From an uncultured Thermoleophilia bacterium (lineage in GTDB: Bacteria; Actinomycetota; Thermoleophilia; UBA2241): a DNA stretch of 64,000 bases. The stretch is taken from assembly GCA_963741075.1 (NCBI GenBank), contig CAVUGS010000003.1, positions 101,054-165,053 on the forward strand, given 5' to 3'. Positions 9,813-23,716 of the stretch are shown piece by piece. The translations under genes and the position numbers were made by a program. The first letter of the stretch is position 1, and the number at the start of each line of letters is the position of its first letter. The notes beneath the pieces were generated by a model. It saw nothing but the letters and a program-made list of their open reading frames with translations, was not told where the DNA came from and ran no database searches.

Positions 9813-10029
9813 CAGGTCATGCGGCGGTGACGGGCGGAGACGCGCCGGGGCGACCGGCGCGAGACCGACGTGGGAGACGCACCAGCCCGCCGTTCGGTGC
9901 GATGCTCCAGTCTAGAGGACGGCGTCGCGGCTGTCGCCCACGGCGGGCCGAACACACCCCGACGGGCGCTTCATATTGCTTAACACTACGGGAGTGGTTT
10001 CAACTGTGGGGGCGGTGGTAATATACCGT

Positions 10030-10145
10030 CTGCGTGGTGGAGTCCCCCTCCACACACCCCTCCTCCACGCGAGGTACCTCCAGGTACCACCCCATGGCTC
10101 CTTTCACAGGCCCCCCTCCCCGGGGGGCTGCCCGGAAACGGGTGC
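10030..10145 (+). ncRNA. candidate small RNA with C-rich hairpin loops (6C-like)
   Basis: A TAATAT -10-like hexamer (10019-10024) lies in an AT-rich island. It is followed by four hairpins: GTGGAG-UCCCC-CTCCAC (10037-10053), GGTACC-TCCA-GGTACC (10073-10088), CCCCCC-UCCCC-GGGGGG (10111-10127) and CCCG-GAAA-CGGG (10131-10142). There is no convincing ORF. The ends are guesses. Confidence 0.25.
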
Positions 10146-10221
10146 ACGAGGCGACGCTCCCCAGCGCCGCCTTTGTGCGTACGGAGCCGGTTCGCCGTGC
10201 GTCAGGCGCCGGACCCGCGCG

Positions 10222-10928
10222 TCAGTCGGGCAGCAGTCCGGCGTTGACGACGAAGTTCTCGGTGATGCGGCGGCAGAACGCCGGGTACGCCGGCAGCCGC
10301 TCGTCGGTCTCGCGTGCGCAGCTTCTCGGCGAACGCCTCGCCCAGGTGCTTCTGCTCCTTGACCGCGTCGCGCACCCAGTGCGGAGCCATCTCCGCGTCG
10401 ACCTCGGGGTGGAACTGCGTGCCCCACGCGCGCCCGCCGGCGCGGAACACCTGCACGCCGTCGCCGCAGGTGGCGACCAGGTGCGACGTCGGCGAGATCT
10501 TGCACGAGTACTCGTGCCAGTTGAAGGCGACGAACGGCGAGGAGATGCCGTGGAGCAGCGGATCGTCGGCGACCTTCTCGATGGACGTCCAGCCCACCTC
10601 GGCGTGCTTGCGCCGGTAGGCGTCGCCGCCGGCCGCGATGGCCAGCAACTGCGCGCCGAGGCAGATGCCCCACACCGGAGCGCCTTCGTGCACCATGCGG
10701 CGCATGAGCTTGATCTCCTCGGCGAGGAACGGGATACTCCCTGGTCTGCGTGGCGTGCATCGCGCCGCCGAGGCTGATGAGCCCGGAGGTCCCGTCCGGC
10801 CAGGCAGGCAGCGCCTCGCCCCGGTCCACGCGGCGCACCTCGAACGGCACGCCGAGCTCGGTCAGGGCGACGGCGATACTGCCGGGTGGGTCGTCGGGCT
10901 CGTGCTGGACGATCGTCAGGGGCTTCAT
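10222..10928 (-). CDS. class I glutamine amidotransferase (GuaA-like GATase1 domain protein); two frame breaks
   Basis: MKPLTIVQHEPDDPPGSIAVALTELGVPFEVRRVD..GLISLGGAMH, then APVWGICLGAQLLAIAAGG (nucleophile Cys), then GTQFHPE (His/Glu), then the tail RITENFVVNAGLLPD*. Frame breaks are near 10730 and 10310. Confidence 0.8.
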
Positions 10929-11044
10929 CTGGGGCTCCTCTCCGCGACGTACGGGAGTATACCCAAGACGGCCGCCCGGCCCTGAGCCGGCAGCCTCGGG
11001 GAGGCGCCTTGCCCGCGTGGTGCGGCGTCTGCGAGACTGGGGCC

Positions 11045-11934
11045 ATGAGCGGCAGCATCCCCACGCACGGCCCCGTCGACCCGCACACCGGCGCGCCGAT
11101 CGTCGAGGTCCTCTCCGCCGGCAACGAAGTGCTCATCGGCGACGTGCTCGACACCAACACCAACTGGCTCTGCACGCGCGTGACCTCACTGGGCGGGCTG
11201 GTGCGCCGCACCGTCATGCTCCGCGACGACGTCGAGGCCATCGGCGCCGAGCTGCGCGGGTGCCTCGCCCGGCGCCCCGCCCTGCTCTTCACCGTCGGCG
11301 GTCTTGGACCCACCAGCGACGACCGCACGCTCGAGGGCGTCGCCCTCGGCCTCGGCGTCCCGCTGGAGCTCCACGCCGCGGCCGAGCGGATGGTGGCCGC
11401 GAGATACGAGGAGTTCTTCGCCGCCGGCTACGTGCCGTTCCCGGAGCTCAACGAGAACCGCCGCAAGATGGCGCGGCTGCCGGCCGGCGCGGAGCCGCTG
11501 GTCAACCCGATCGGAGGCGCGCCGGGCGTGCTCTGCCGCAGTGGCGAGACCCGCATCGTCTCGCTCCCGGGCGTGCCCGGCGAGCTCGTGGCCATCGTGG
11601 ACGAGTCGCTTGGGCACGCTGGTCGCCGAGGTCTTCGGCGACGCGCACTACGAGGAGCGCTCGCTCGAGGTGGAGACTGCAGGACGAGTCGGCCATCGCC
11701 GACATCCTGCGCGCCGCCGAGGAGCAGCACCCGGCGGTGTACGTGAAGTCGCGCGCGAAGGTGCTCGGCAGCACGCGCGTCATCCGCATCACGCTCAGCG
11801 GGCGCGGCGAGAACGCAGCCGCCGTCGCCGCGCTGCTCGCGCCGGCGGCGGATCAGCTGCTGGCACAGATCGCCGCCGCCGGCTTCGCCGTCCGGCCCGC
11901 GCCGGATGAAGGCGCGGACGGCGCCGGCGCATGA
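11045..11934 (+). CDS. CinA-like molybdopterin-binding (MoCF_biosynth) domain protein; two frame breaks
   Basis: The gene starts at ATG 11045. VEVLSAGNEVLIGDVLDTNTNWLCTRV..LLFTVGGLGPTSDDRTLEGVA is the classic CinA N-domain signature. After breaks near 11610 and 11680 it continues as LGTLVAEVFGDAHYEERSLEV and then DESAIADILRAAEEQHPAVYVKSRAKV..., ending at 11934. Confidence 0.7.
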
Positions 11935-12158
11935 ACCCTGCGCCCGGGGCGCCGCGGTGAGGGCGACGCCCCCGGCCCGCGCCCTCGCCGGGCTCGTCGA
12001 GCTTCCTCGACCGCTTCTGGGGCCTCATCGCCCTCGCCGTCATGATCCTGCTGGAGGTCCTCGTGTTCGCACCGCGGGGCATGACGACGGCGATGCTCGT
12101 CGGCGGCATCGTTGCTGCCGCGCTCGTCGCGGTGTGGGTGCGCGACGGCTGGCTCTGA
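11906..12158 (+). CDS. possible small two-TM membrane protein (needs one frame repair near 12001)
   Basis: Read by hand, FLDRFWGLIALAVMILLEVLVFAPRGMTTAMLVGGIVAAALVAVWVRDGWL* (stop 12156-12158) forms two clean hydrophobic helices. It joins ATG 11906 (MKARTAPAHE..ALAGLVE) only if one extra base near 12001 is removed. The RBS is weak. Confidence 0.3.
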
Positions 12159-12184
12159 GCCGCCCCGGGACGACCCGGTCGGCG

Positions 12185-13525
<1,341 letters not shown>

Positions 13526-13880
13526 GGGCGCTCCTTGGCTTCTTTGCCCGAGCGAGTATAGCCGACGCCGTGCGCCACCGGCCGACGCCGGGCCTGACAA
13601 CGCTTTGACCGGCGCCCTGCTCAAGGCGCGGGCGCGGGCGCCGATAGGAGGCTTGAGACCGGGTAAAGGACTACTCACCGGGCTTCGGCCCGGCATCTCA
13701 TCCTCTCTCAGCCGGGCCGGTCTCCTTCGAACACTGGCGGACTGCCCGCATCCGCTGAAGGCCCCCGCCGGCCCGGCACTTTTCTCCCCGCGATTCATCC
13801 ACCTCGTCGAGCTTCGGACCACATCTCGCCGGCCCGGCGATGCGCTAGACTGTCTGCGCACGACCCGGCGGGAGGTCACG

Positions 13881-15923
<2,043 letters not shown>

Positions 15924-16219
15924 CGCACCCCGCGCGCTCCGCGGAGCGCGTCACTCCTACAGTCCACCGCCGTCGATCCGCCGGCGTTGCCCGTCCCGGC
16001 GACGCGCACGCGGCCCGTCTAGACGCGTGTTCTATGCGCCCCTGAGCCGCGGCGCCCGATGTCATGGCCAGGAGGCCGGAAGACTCTGAGAGAGGAACTT
16101 CCAAGTCGACCTTGACCTTGGCCGGCGGCGCAAAGCGGGGGCTTGCACCGCCGGCCTTCACGTACGCCGGGCGCCGCGAGCCGACGATCGCCGCCGGCCG
16201 CCCCACAGGCCGCCGGGGA

Positions 16220-17523
16220 TCAGTTCGGCCGGTTGTCGATGACGCGCCGGGCCTTGCCCTCGCTGCGCTCGAGCTTGCCCGGCTCGACGAGCTTGACCTT
16301 GGGGCGGACGAGGAGCGCCGAGCGAAGTTCCTCGGTGACTCGGCGCTCGAACGCGCGCAGGTCGTCCATCCAGCCGTCGAAGAGGGTGTCCGTGACCTCG
16401 ACGTGCACCTCGAACGTGTCCAGCCCGTTCTGACGCCCCAGCACGATCTGGTAGAACGGCTCGACGCCCTCGATCTGGAACAGCACGCTCTCGATCGCCG
16501 ACGGGAAGATGTTGACGCCGCTGATGATGAACATGTCGTCGGTGCGGCCGACCACCTTGCCCATGCGGGCCGTCGTGCGCCCGCACGCGCAGCGCTCGCG
16601 GGTGAGCGAGGTGAGGTCGCGGGTGCGGTAGCGCAGCACCGGAGAGCACTCACGCGTGAAGGCGGTGACCACGAGCTCGCCGACCTCGCCGTCGGCGACC
16701 GGCTTGCCGGTCGCCGGGTCCAGGCACTCGGCGAGGAAGTGGTCCTCGGAGATGTGCATGCCGCTGCGGCACTCGCACTCGCCGGCCACGCCGGGGCCCG
16801 TGAGCTCCGTGAGCCCGTAGTTGTCCGTGGCCCTGATCGGCAGCCGGCTCTCGATCTGCGCGCGCATCTCCTCGCTGCAGTGCTCGGCGCCGAACATGCC
16901 CAGGCGCAGGCGCAGCTGCTCGAGCGGCACCTCCCGCCTCTGCGAGCACCTCGCCGATGTAGAGCGCGTAGGACGGCGTGGCGATGAGGATGGTCGTGCC
17001 GAAGTCCTTCATGTACTGGATCTGGCGGGCGGTGTTGCCGGCGCTGATGGGCAGCACCGCCACGCCGGCGCGCTGCAGCCCGTAGTGCAGGCCGAAGCCG
17101 CCGGTGAACATGCCGTAGCCGAAGGCGATCTGGGCGACGTCGCCGTCGTGGGCGCCGGCGGCGACGGCGAGCCGGCACACGAGCTCGGTCCACGTGTCCA
17201 GGTCGGCCCTGGTGTAGCCGCCGACCACCGCCTTGCCGGTGGTGCCGGAGGAGGAGTGGATCTCGACGACCTCGCTCATGGGCACGGCGAACAGGCCGTA
17301 GGGGTAGTTGTCGCGGAAGTCCGTCTTCTCGGTGAACGGCAGGGCCGGCGACGTCGTCCAGGCTGGTGAGGTCGCCGGGCTCGAACCCGGCCGCGCCCAG
17401 CTTGTCGCGGTAGAACGGCACGCGCTCGTACACGCGGGCGAGCATGTCGCGCAGGCGCGGGAGCTGCAGCTCCTCGAGCTGCTCGCGGTCGATGGTCTCG
17501 TGCTGCGCGTCCCAGATCGCCAT
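16220..17523 (-). CDS. paaK: phenylacetate-CoA ligase family (PaaK-like adenylate-forming enzyme); two frame breaks
   Basis: [42 protein letters not shown], then [34 protein letters not shown], then [39 protein letters not shown]. Frame breaks are near 17345 and 16935. Confidence 0.8.
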
Positions 17524-17590
17524 GGTCTCTCGCTTCCTCGCTGCCGTGCCGCAGGCAATCATATCGGGGCGGCGACCGGTGGCCCCCATG

Positions 17591-17606
17591 ATACCCCAGG
17601 GGGTAC
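17591..17606 (+). promoter_or_regulatory. CsoR-type operator-like pseudo-palindrome ATACCCCAGGGGGTAC upstream of copA
   Basis: The G/C-tract inverted repeat TACCCC-N-GGGGTA lies 75-90 nt upstream of the copA GTG. This is the shape of known CsoR operators (copZA/cso type). No csoR gene is visible nearby. Confidence 0.4.
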
Positions 17607-17680
17607 GCATCGTTTGAGCGTGGGAACACTTGTACGCGGCAACGCGGACGCGCCGCCTTGCACGCATCGTCCGGAGCACC

Positions 17681-20163
17681 GTGAGCGAGCACGACACCAC
17701 CATCGAGCTGCCCATCACCGGCATGACCTGCGCCAGCTGCGTGGCGCGTACGGAGAAGGCCATCGGCAAGGTCGCCGGCGTGGACAAGGCCGCCGTCAAC
17801 CTGGCGACCGAGAAGGCGACCGTGACGTTCGACCCCGGCGCAGTCTCGGCCGGGGACCTCGTGGCGGCCGTCGAGGGCGCGGGCTACGGCGTCGTCACCG
17901 CGCAGGAGACGCTGCCGATCATCGGCATGACCTGCGCGAGCTGCGTGAGCCGGGTGGAGAAGGCGCTGCGCATGCCGGCCGGCGTCCTGAAGGCCGACGT
18001 CAATCTGGCGACGGAGAAGGCGACGGTGTCGTACATCCCCGGCCAGGCGAGCTACCGCGACCTGGTGGAGGCCGTGCGCGGCGCCGGCTACGACGTCGTG
18101 GAGCCGGCGCCGGGCACCGGCGAAGAAGGCGCCTCAGGCGGCGGCGGACGCCGAAGAGGCGGCCCGCGCCGCCGCCTACCGCAAGCTCAAGCTGAAGGTC
18201 ACCGTCGGCTTCGTCCTCAGCGTCGTCATCTTCGCCGGCACCATGCAGATGGAGTGGTTCACCTTCCTGCCGGAGTGGATGCACAACGGCTACTTCCTCT
18301 GGGCCCTGGCGAGCGTGGTGCAGTTCTGGGTCGGCTGGCAGTTCTACACCACCGCCTGGTCGGCGCTGAAGCACGGCACGACCACCATGAACACGCTGGT
18401 GGCGCATGGGCTCGTCGGCGGCCTACATCTACAGCGTCCTCGGCGTGCTCTTCCCCGGCGTTCTTCGAGCACCAGGGGCTGGGCGAGCCGATGTACTTCG
18501 ACTCGGCCGCCTTCATCATCACGCTGATCCTGCTCGGGCGGCTGCTCGAGGCGCGCGCCAAGGGCCAGACCGGCGCCGCCATCAAGGCGCTCATCGGCCT
18601 GCAGCCCAAGACGGCGCGCGTCATCCGCGCCGGCGTCGGAGTCCGACGTGCCGGTCGCCCAGGTGCTGGTCGGCGACCTCGTCGTGGTCCGACCGGGCGA
18701 GAAGGTGCCGGTGGACGGCGTGCTCGAGGAGGGCTCCTCGCCGGTCGACGAGTCCATGCTCACCGGCGAGCCGATCCCCGTCGGCAAGCACCCCGGCGAC
18801 GAGGTGATCGGCGCCACCATGAACACCACCGGGTCGTTCACCTTCCGGGCCACCAAGGTCGGCTCCGAGACGGCGCTCGCGCAGATCGTGCGCCTCGTCG
18901 AGCAGGCGCAGGGCTCCAAGCCGCCCATCGCCCGCCTGGCCGACGTCATCGCCGCCTGGTTCGTGCCGGCCGTCATCGTCATCGCCACCGTCACGCTGGT
19001 CGTCTGGCTGGTCTTCGGCCCGTCGCCGGCGCTCAACTACGCGCTGCTCAACTTCGTCGCCGTGCTCGTCATCGCGTGCCCCTGCGCCCTGGGCCTGGCC
19101 ACGCCGACGGCGATCATGGTGGGCACCGGCAAGGGCGCCGAGAACGGCGTGCTCATCCGCGACGGCGCCGCGCTCGAGACGGCGCACAAGCTCAGCACCG
19201 TCGTGCTCGACAAGACGGGCACCATCACCGAGGGCAAGCCGCGGGTGACGGACGTGGTCCTGTTCGGGTCCGGCGACGGGACCGACGGAGACTCCGGCCC
19301 GCACCTGGACAACGCCGGCCTGCTGCGGCTGGTGGCCGGCGCCGAGCGCGGCAGCGAGCACCCGCTGGCCGTGGCGATCCTCGACGCCGCCGACGAACGC
19401 GGGATCGCGGTGCCGCCGGCCACCGGGTTCGAGGCCATCGCCGGCCACGGCATCCGCGCCCAGGTCGACGGCCACACGATCGTCGCCGGCAACGAGCGGC
19501 TCGCCGGCCACGCCGGCGAGCGCGCGGCGGCGCTGGCCGCCGAGGGCAAGACCGTCGTCACCGTCGTCGTGGACGACGAACCGGTCGGGGCGATCGCCAT
19601 CGCCGACACGGTCAAGCCGAGCTCCGCGGCGGCCGTGGCCCGCCTCAAGCAGCTCGGCCTCGACGTCGTCATGCTGACCGGCGACCAGGCGGCGACGGCG
19701 AGAGCCATCGCCGCTCAGGTCGGCATCGAGCGCGTGTTCGCCGAGGTGCTGCCGCGAGCAGAAGGCCTCGGAGATCTCGGCCCTGCAGCAGGACGGCCGC
19801 AGGGTCGCCATGGTCGGCGACGGCATCAACGACGCCCCGGCGCTGGCCCAGGCCGACGTCGGCATCGCCATCGGCACCGGCACGGACGTGGCCATGGAGG
19901 CGAGCGACGTCACGCTCATGTCGGGCGACGTCGGCGGCGTGGCGACGGCGATCGAGCTCTCCCGGGCGACCATCCGCACGGTCAAGCAGAACCTCTTCTG
20001 GGCGTTCGCCTACAACGTGGCCCTGATCCCGCTGGCCGCGGGCGTGTTCTACCCCGCCTTCGGCATCCTGCTGAACCCGATCTACGCGGCCGCGGCGATG
20101 GGCCTGAGCAGCGTCACCGTGGTGACCAACAGCCTGCGGCTGCGGCGGTTCACGGCGAGCTGA
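17681..20163 (+). CDS. copA: copper-translocating P1B-type ATPase with two N-terminal HMA domains; about five +1 frame breaks
   Basis: There are two GMTCASC metal-binding domains, the TM CPC motif ([12 protein letters not shown]), [15 protein letters not shown] and the C-terminal TM pair. The pieces are spread over track ORFs 17630, 18243, 18406, 18648 and 19810. Frame breaks are near 18130, 18400, 18460, 18640 and 19760. Confidence 0.85.
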
Positions 20164-20171
20164 CACGGCGA

Positions 20172-20204
20172 GAGGGGCGGTCCTGACTCATGGAACCGCC
20201 CCTC
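20172..20204. terminator. GC-rich hairpin after copA (GAGGGGCGGT-13 nt-ACCGCCCCTC)
   Basis: A 10-bp perfect stem lies 9 nt after the copA stop, between convergent genes. There is no clear U-tract. Confidence 0.4.
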
Positions 20205-20252
20205 CCGGGTGGCCAAGCAGCGCTGTCCGTCGCTACGTTCATCAGTCGCCGA

Positions 20253-20321
20253 TCACTTGCGGCGCTTGCCGTAGCGATCCTCCTGCTTCACCTTCGTCTT
20301 GTTGAAGTGCACAGGTCCCAT
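20253..20321 (-). CDS. candidate 22-aa basic peptide (MGPVHFNKTKVKQEDRYGKRRK)
   Basis: Not in the track (under 60 aa). The ATG at 20321 is preceded at ideal spacing by a strong GGAGGTGAG Shine-Dalgarno sequence. It lies in a lower-GC intergenic region. Confidence 0.3.
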   Translation of the reverse strand: MGPVHFNKTKVKQEDRYGKRRK

Positions 20322-20570
20322 GGTCTCACCTCCTTCGCGTGTCGGTGTGTGTCTAGGGTAGCCCGCTTGCAGCGGAAATAAACGATGGTTGTGAACTGGT
20401 TCACGTTTCTCTGTAGCTTCACCTGGCCTCGGCGGTGTCCAATTGGGACAAGCCAGACAGTGAAAATGCCCTCCTCCGTCCATTGTCGCCGTCGACGCGC
20501 CGATGCGAGGATGGAACGGGCCGGGGGCGACCATCGTTTCGCCACCCCACCTTCCATCCGAAGAGGTCTC

Positions 20571-21243
20571 ATGCTGCACGTTCTCGACCGGCACGCCATC
20601 GGGCAGATCCTCCGCACCAAGGAGGTGGACGCCTGGGGTGTCGCCGCCAACCACCCGCCGCTGCCGCTGGCGCCGCCGGAGTTCCCGACGGCGATCTCCA
20701 TGCTCATGCGACTCGACCCGCTGGTGGTGCGCGGCCTGCGGCACGGGCCCACGCCGGACTACCAGCAGGAGTACCTGCGCGTGAACGTGGCGCTGGACGA
20801 CGCCACAGGGACGCTGGTGGACGTGCTGCGCGTGCACGGCCACGCCGCCGAGCGCGTGCGGGCCACCATGGAAAAGACCAACGGCCACCAGCCGTTCCCG
20901 CACAAGACGGCGGCCACGTCGGCGGGCATGGGCTGGATCGGCAAGACCGCCCTCTTCGTCTCTCCGGTAGTTCGGCCCGGCCGTCCGCCTGGCCACGGTC
21001 TTCACCGACCTCGAGCTGCCGGCCGGCGAGCCGGTGCGCGAGAGCAGCTGCGGCGCGTGCCGCGAGTGCGTGGACGCCTGTCCGGCCGGCTGCGGCCGGG
21101 ACGTGCACTGGCGGCCGGGCATGGCGCGCGAGCTGCTCTTCGACGCCGGCGCCTGCCGCCACCACATGTCGCTCTTCACCAGCGTCGAGGCGCAGATCTG
21201 CGGCATCTGCATCGCCGCCTGCCCCTACGCTCTGCGGCACTGA
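20571..21243 (+). CDS. QueG-like / reductive-dehalogenase-superfamily 4Fe-4S protein; one frame break near 20965
   Basis: The gene starts at ATG 20571. FPHKTAATSAGMGWIGKTALFVSP...FGPAVRLATVFTDLELPAG..CGACRECVDACPAG...CGICIAACPY matches the epoxyqueuosine-reductase-type core (AGLGWIGK plus two Cys clusters). At about 224 aa it is shorter than canonical QueG. Confidence 0.6.
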
Positions 21244-21446
21244 CGCCGTCACGGGACACGCCCCGCCACCGCCGCGCTGCGGAGGTGGCGGCCGCACAGC
21301 CTCAGCGGCCGGCCTGCGCCACCCATGTCCTCTTCGGCGGTGTACAAGAACGCGTACGCGTCTTCAAGATTCGCGTACGCACTGTCGTACAGGGGCAGGT
21401 CGTATCACCGCGCCGCGCCCGCCTTGCCCACCCTCACGCCGCGTGC

Positions 21447-21478
21447 TAGTCTCACTTCCTTATTGAAAGCGGTTTTCA
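21447..21478 (+). promoter_or_regulatory. putative zur promoter -10 (TAGTCT, 21447-21452) and Zur-box-like palindrome TGAAAGCGGTTTTCA (21464-21478)
   Basis: The 7-1-7 palindrome matches the actinobacterial Zur box TGAAAATGATTTTCA at 12 of 15 positions. It lies 20 nt upstream of the Fur-family gene that heads a metal ABC operon. Confidence 0.5.
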
Positions 21479-21498
21479 GTTTCAGAAAGGAGGTCGCC

Positions 21499-21951
21499 GT
21501 GAGCTTCGACACCGCCCAGGTCTCGGCCGAGCTCTCCGCCCGCGGCCTTCGCCTCACGCGCCAGCGGCGCGCCGTGCTGGCGGCCATCGCCGCGGCGCCG
21601 TCCAGCCTGAGCGCCCTGCAGGTCTACGACGCCGCCCGAGCCGGATGTCCGGAGCTCGGGCTCACCACCGTCTACCGCACGCTCGACGTCCTCGCCGAGA
21701 TGGGCGCCCTGCGCCGCGTGCACGGGCCCGACCACTGCGAGAGCTTCGTGCCCGCGAGCGCGGCGCACGGCCACACGGTCGTCTGCAGCGCCTGCGGCCG
21801 CGTCACCGAGTTCACCGGCTGCGACATGCGCGGCATCGCCGACGCCGCGGCGCGCGAGACGGGCTACCGGATCACCGACCACTTCCTGCAGCTGAGCGGG
21901 CTGTGCGCCGGCTGCCGCGTGACGCGCGACGCGGCGGGAGGCGCCGCTTGA
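21499..21951 (+). CDS. zur: Fur-family metalloregulator, probably Zur
   Basis: Intact. The start is GTG 21499, preceded by GAAAGGAGG. It has a winged helix (LRLTRQRRAVLAAI..TVYRTLDVLAEMG), a metal site (HGH) and two CxxC pairs (CSAC, CAGC). Confidence 0.85.
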   Translation: MSFDTAQVSAELSARGLRLTRQRRAVLAAIAAAPSSLSALQVYDAARAGCPELGLTTVYRTLDVLAEMGALRRVHGPDHCESFVPASAAHGHTVVCSACGRVTEFTGCDMRGIADAAARETGYRITDHFLQLSGLCAGCRVTRDAAGGAA

Positions 21952-22876
21952 CGCGGCGCGGCCTTCTGACGCTCCTGACGGCCGCCCTGCTGCTGCTCGC
22001 GGCGATGGCGGCCACCGGCTGCGGGACTTCGGGCATCGCCTCCTCCGGCACGCTCGACGTCGTCGCCTCCACATCGTTCCTCGCCGACATCGCCCAGAAC
22101 GTCGCCGGCGACCGGTTCACGGTCGGCTCGCTGGTCCCGCGCGGCACCGACCCGCACGCGTTCGAGCCCACGCCCTCGGACCTCAAGGCGGTCGCCGGCG
22201 CCGACCTGGTCATCATCAACGGCGCCGGCCTCGAAGGCCCGCTGCTCACCACCCTCGAGAACGCCGTCGGCGACACGCCGATCGTCGACGCCTCGGCCGG
22301 ATTGCAGACGCGCACGCCAAAGCCCGGCGAGCCCGCGCTGGCCGCCGGCGAGACCGACCCGCACTTCTGGCTCGACCCCGAGCTCGTCAAGACCTACGTG
22401 CACAACATCGAGGCGGCGTTCAGCAAGGCCGACCCCGCCGGAGCCGCCACCTACGCGGCCAACGCCGAGGCCTACGACGCCAGGCTCGACGCCCTGGACG
22501 CCTGGATCAAGAAGCAGGTCGCGCAGGTGCCGCAGGCCGACCGCAAGCTGGTCATGGACCACGCCAGCCACGGCTACTTCGCCGACCGCTACGGCTTCAC
22601 CATCGTCGGCACGGTCATCCCGAGCGCCGCGACCAGCGAGTCGCCGACCGCGAGGCAGCTCAGCGACCTCACCAGGACCATCCGGGAGACGGGCGTCAAG
22701 GCCATCTTCGTGGAGGCGGGCGAGAACCCGCAGCTGGCCGAGCAGATCGGCGCCGAGACCGGCGTCAAGGTCGTCACCGACCTCCTGGACCACTCGCTGA
22801 CGGCGGCGGACGGGCCGGCGCCGACGTACATCGACATGATGAAGTACGACACGCGGCGGATCGTGGAGGCGCTGCG

Positions 22877-22880
<4 letters not shown>
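21948..22880 (+). CDS. znuA: metal (Zn/Mn) ABC transporter substrate-binding lipoprotein, TroA/ZnuA family
   Basis: Intact. The TTG 21948 start overlaps the zur stop. The lipobox is LLLAAMAATGC. DPHFWLDP, HASHGYFADRYG and VKAIFVE are typical cluster A-I SBP motifs. Confidence 0.85.

Positions 22881-23712
<832 letters not shown>

Positions 23713-23716
<4 letters not shown>

Noticed and set aside
10000-10095. A 31-aa minus-strand ORF (MGWYLEVPRVEEGCVEGDSTTQTVYYHRPHS) after GAAAGGAG, inside the 6C-like region.
   Set aside because: The SD-to-ATG spacing is only 2 nt, and the composition is unremarkable. The region is better explained by RNA structure.
20391-20404. GTGAAC-TG-GTTCAC considered as a second LexA box.
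   Set aside because: The spacing is GAAC-N2-GTTC, not the N4 required by the LexA consensus seen at 3987-4004.
20430-20500. A possible cobalamin riboswitch upstream of the QueG-like gene (GGGACAAGCCAGACAGTGAAAATGCC).
   Set aside because: There is only a vague resemblance to the GGGAA..GGTG..AATCC core. I could find no B12 box (GCCACTG-like) and no matching helices.
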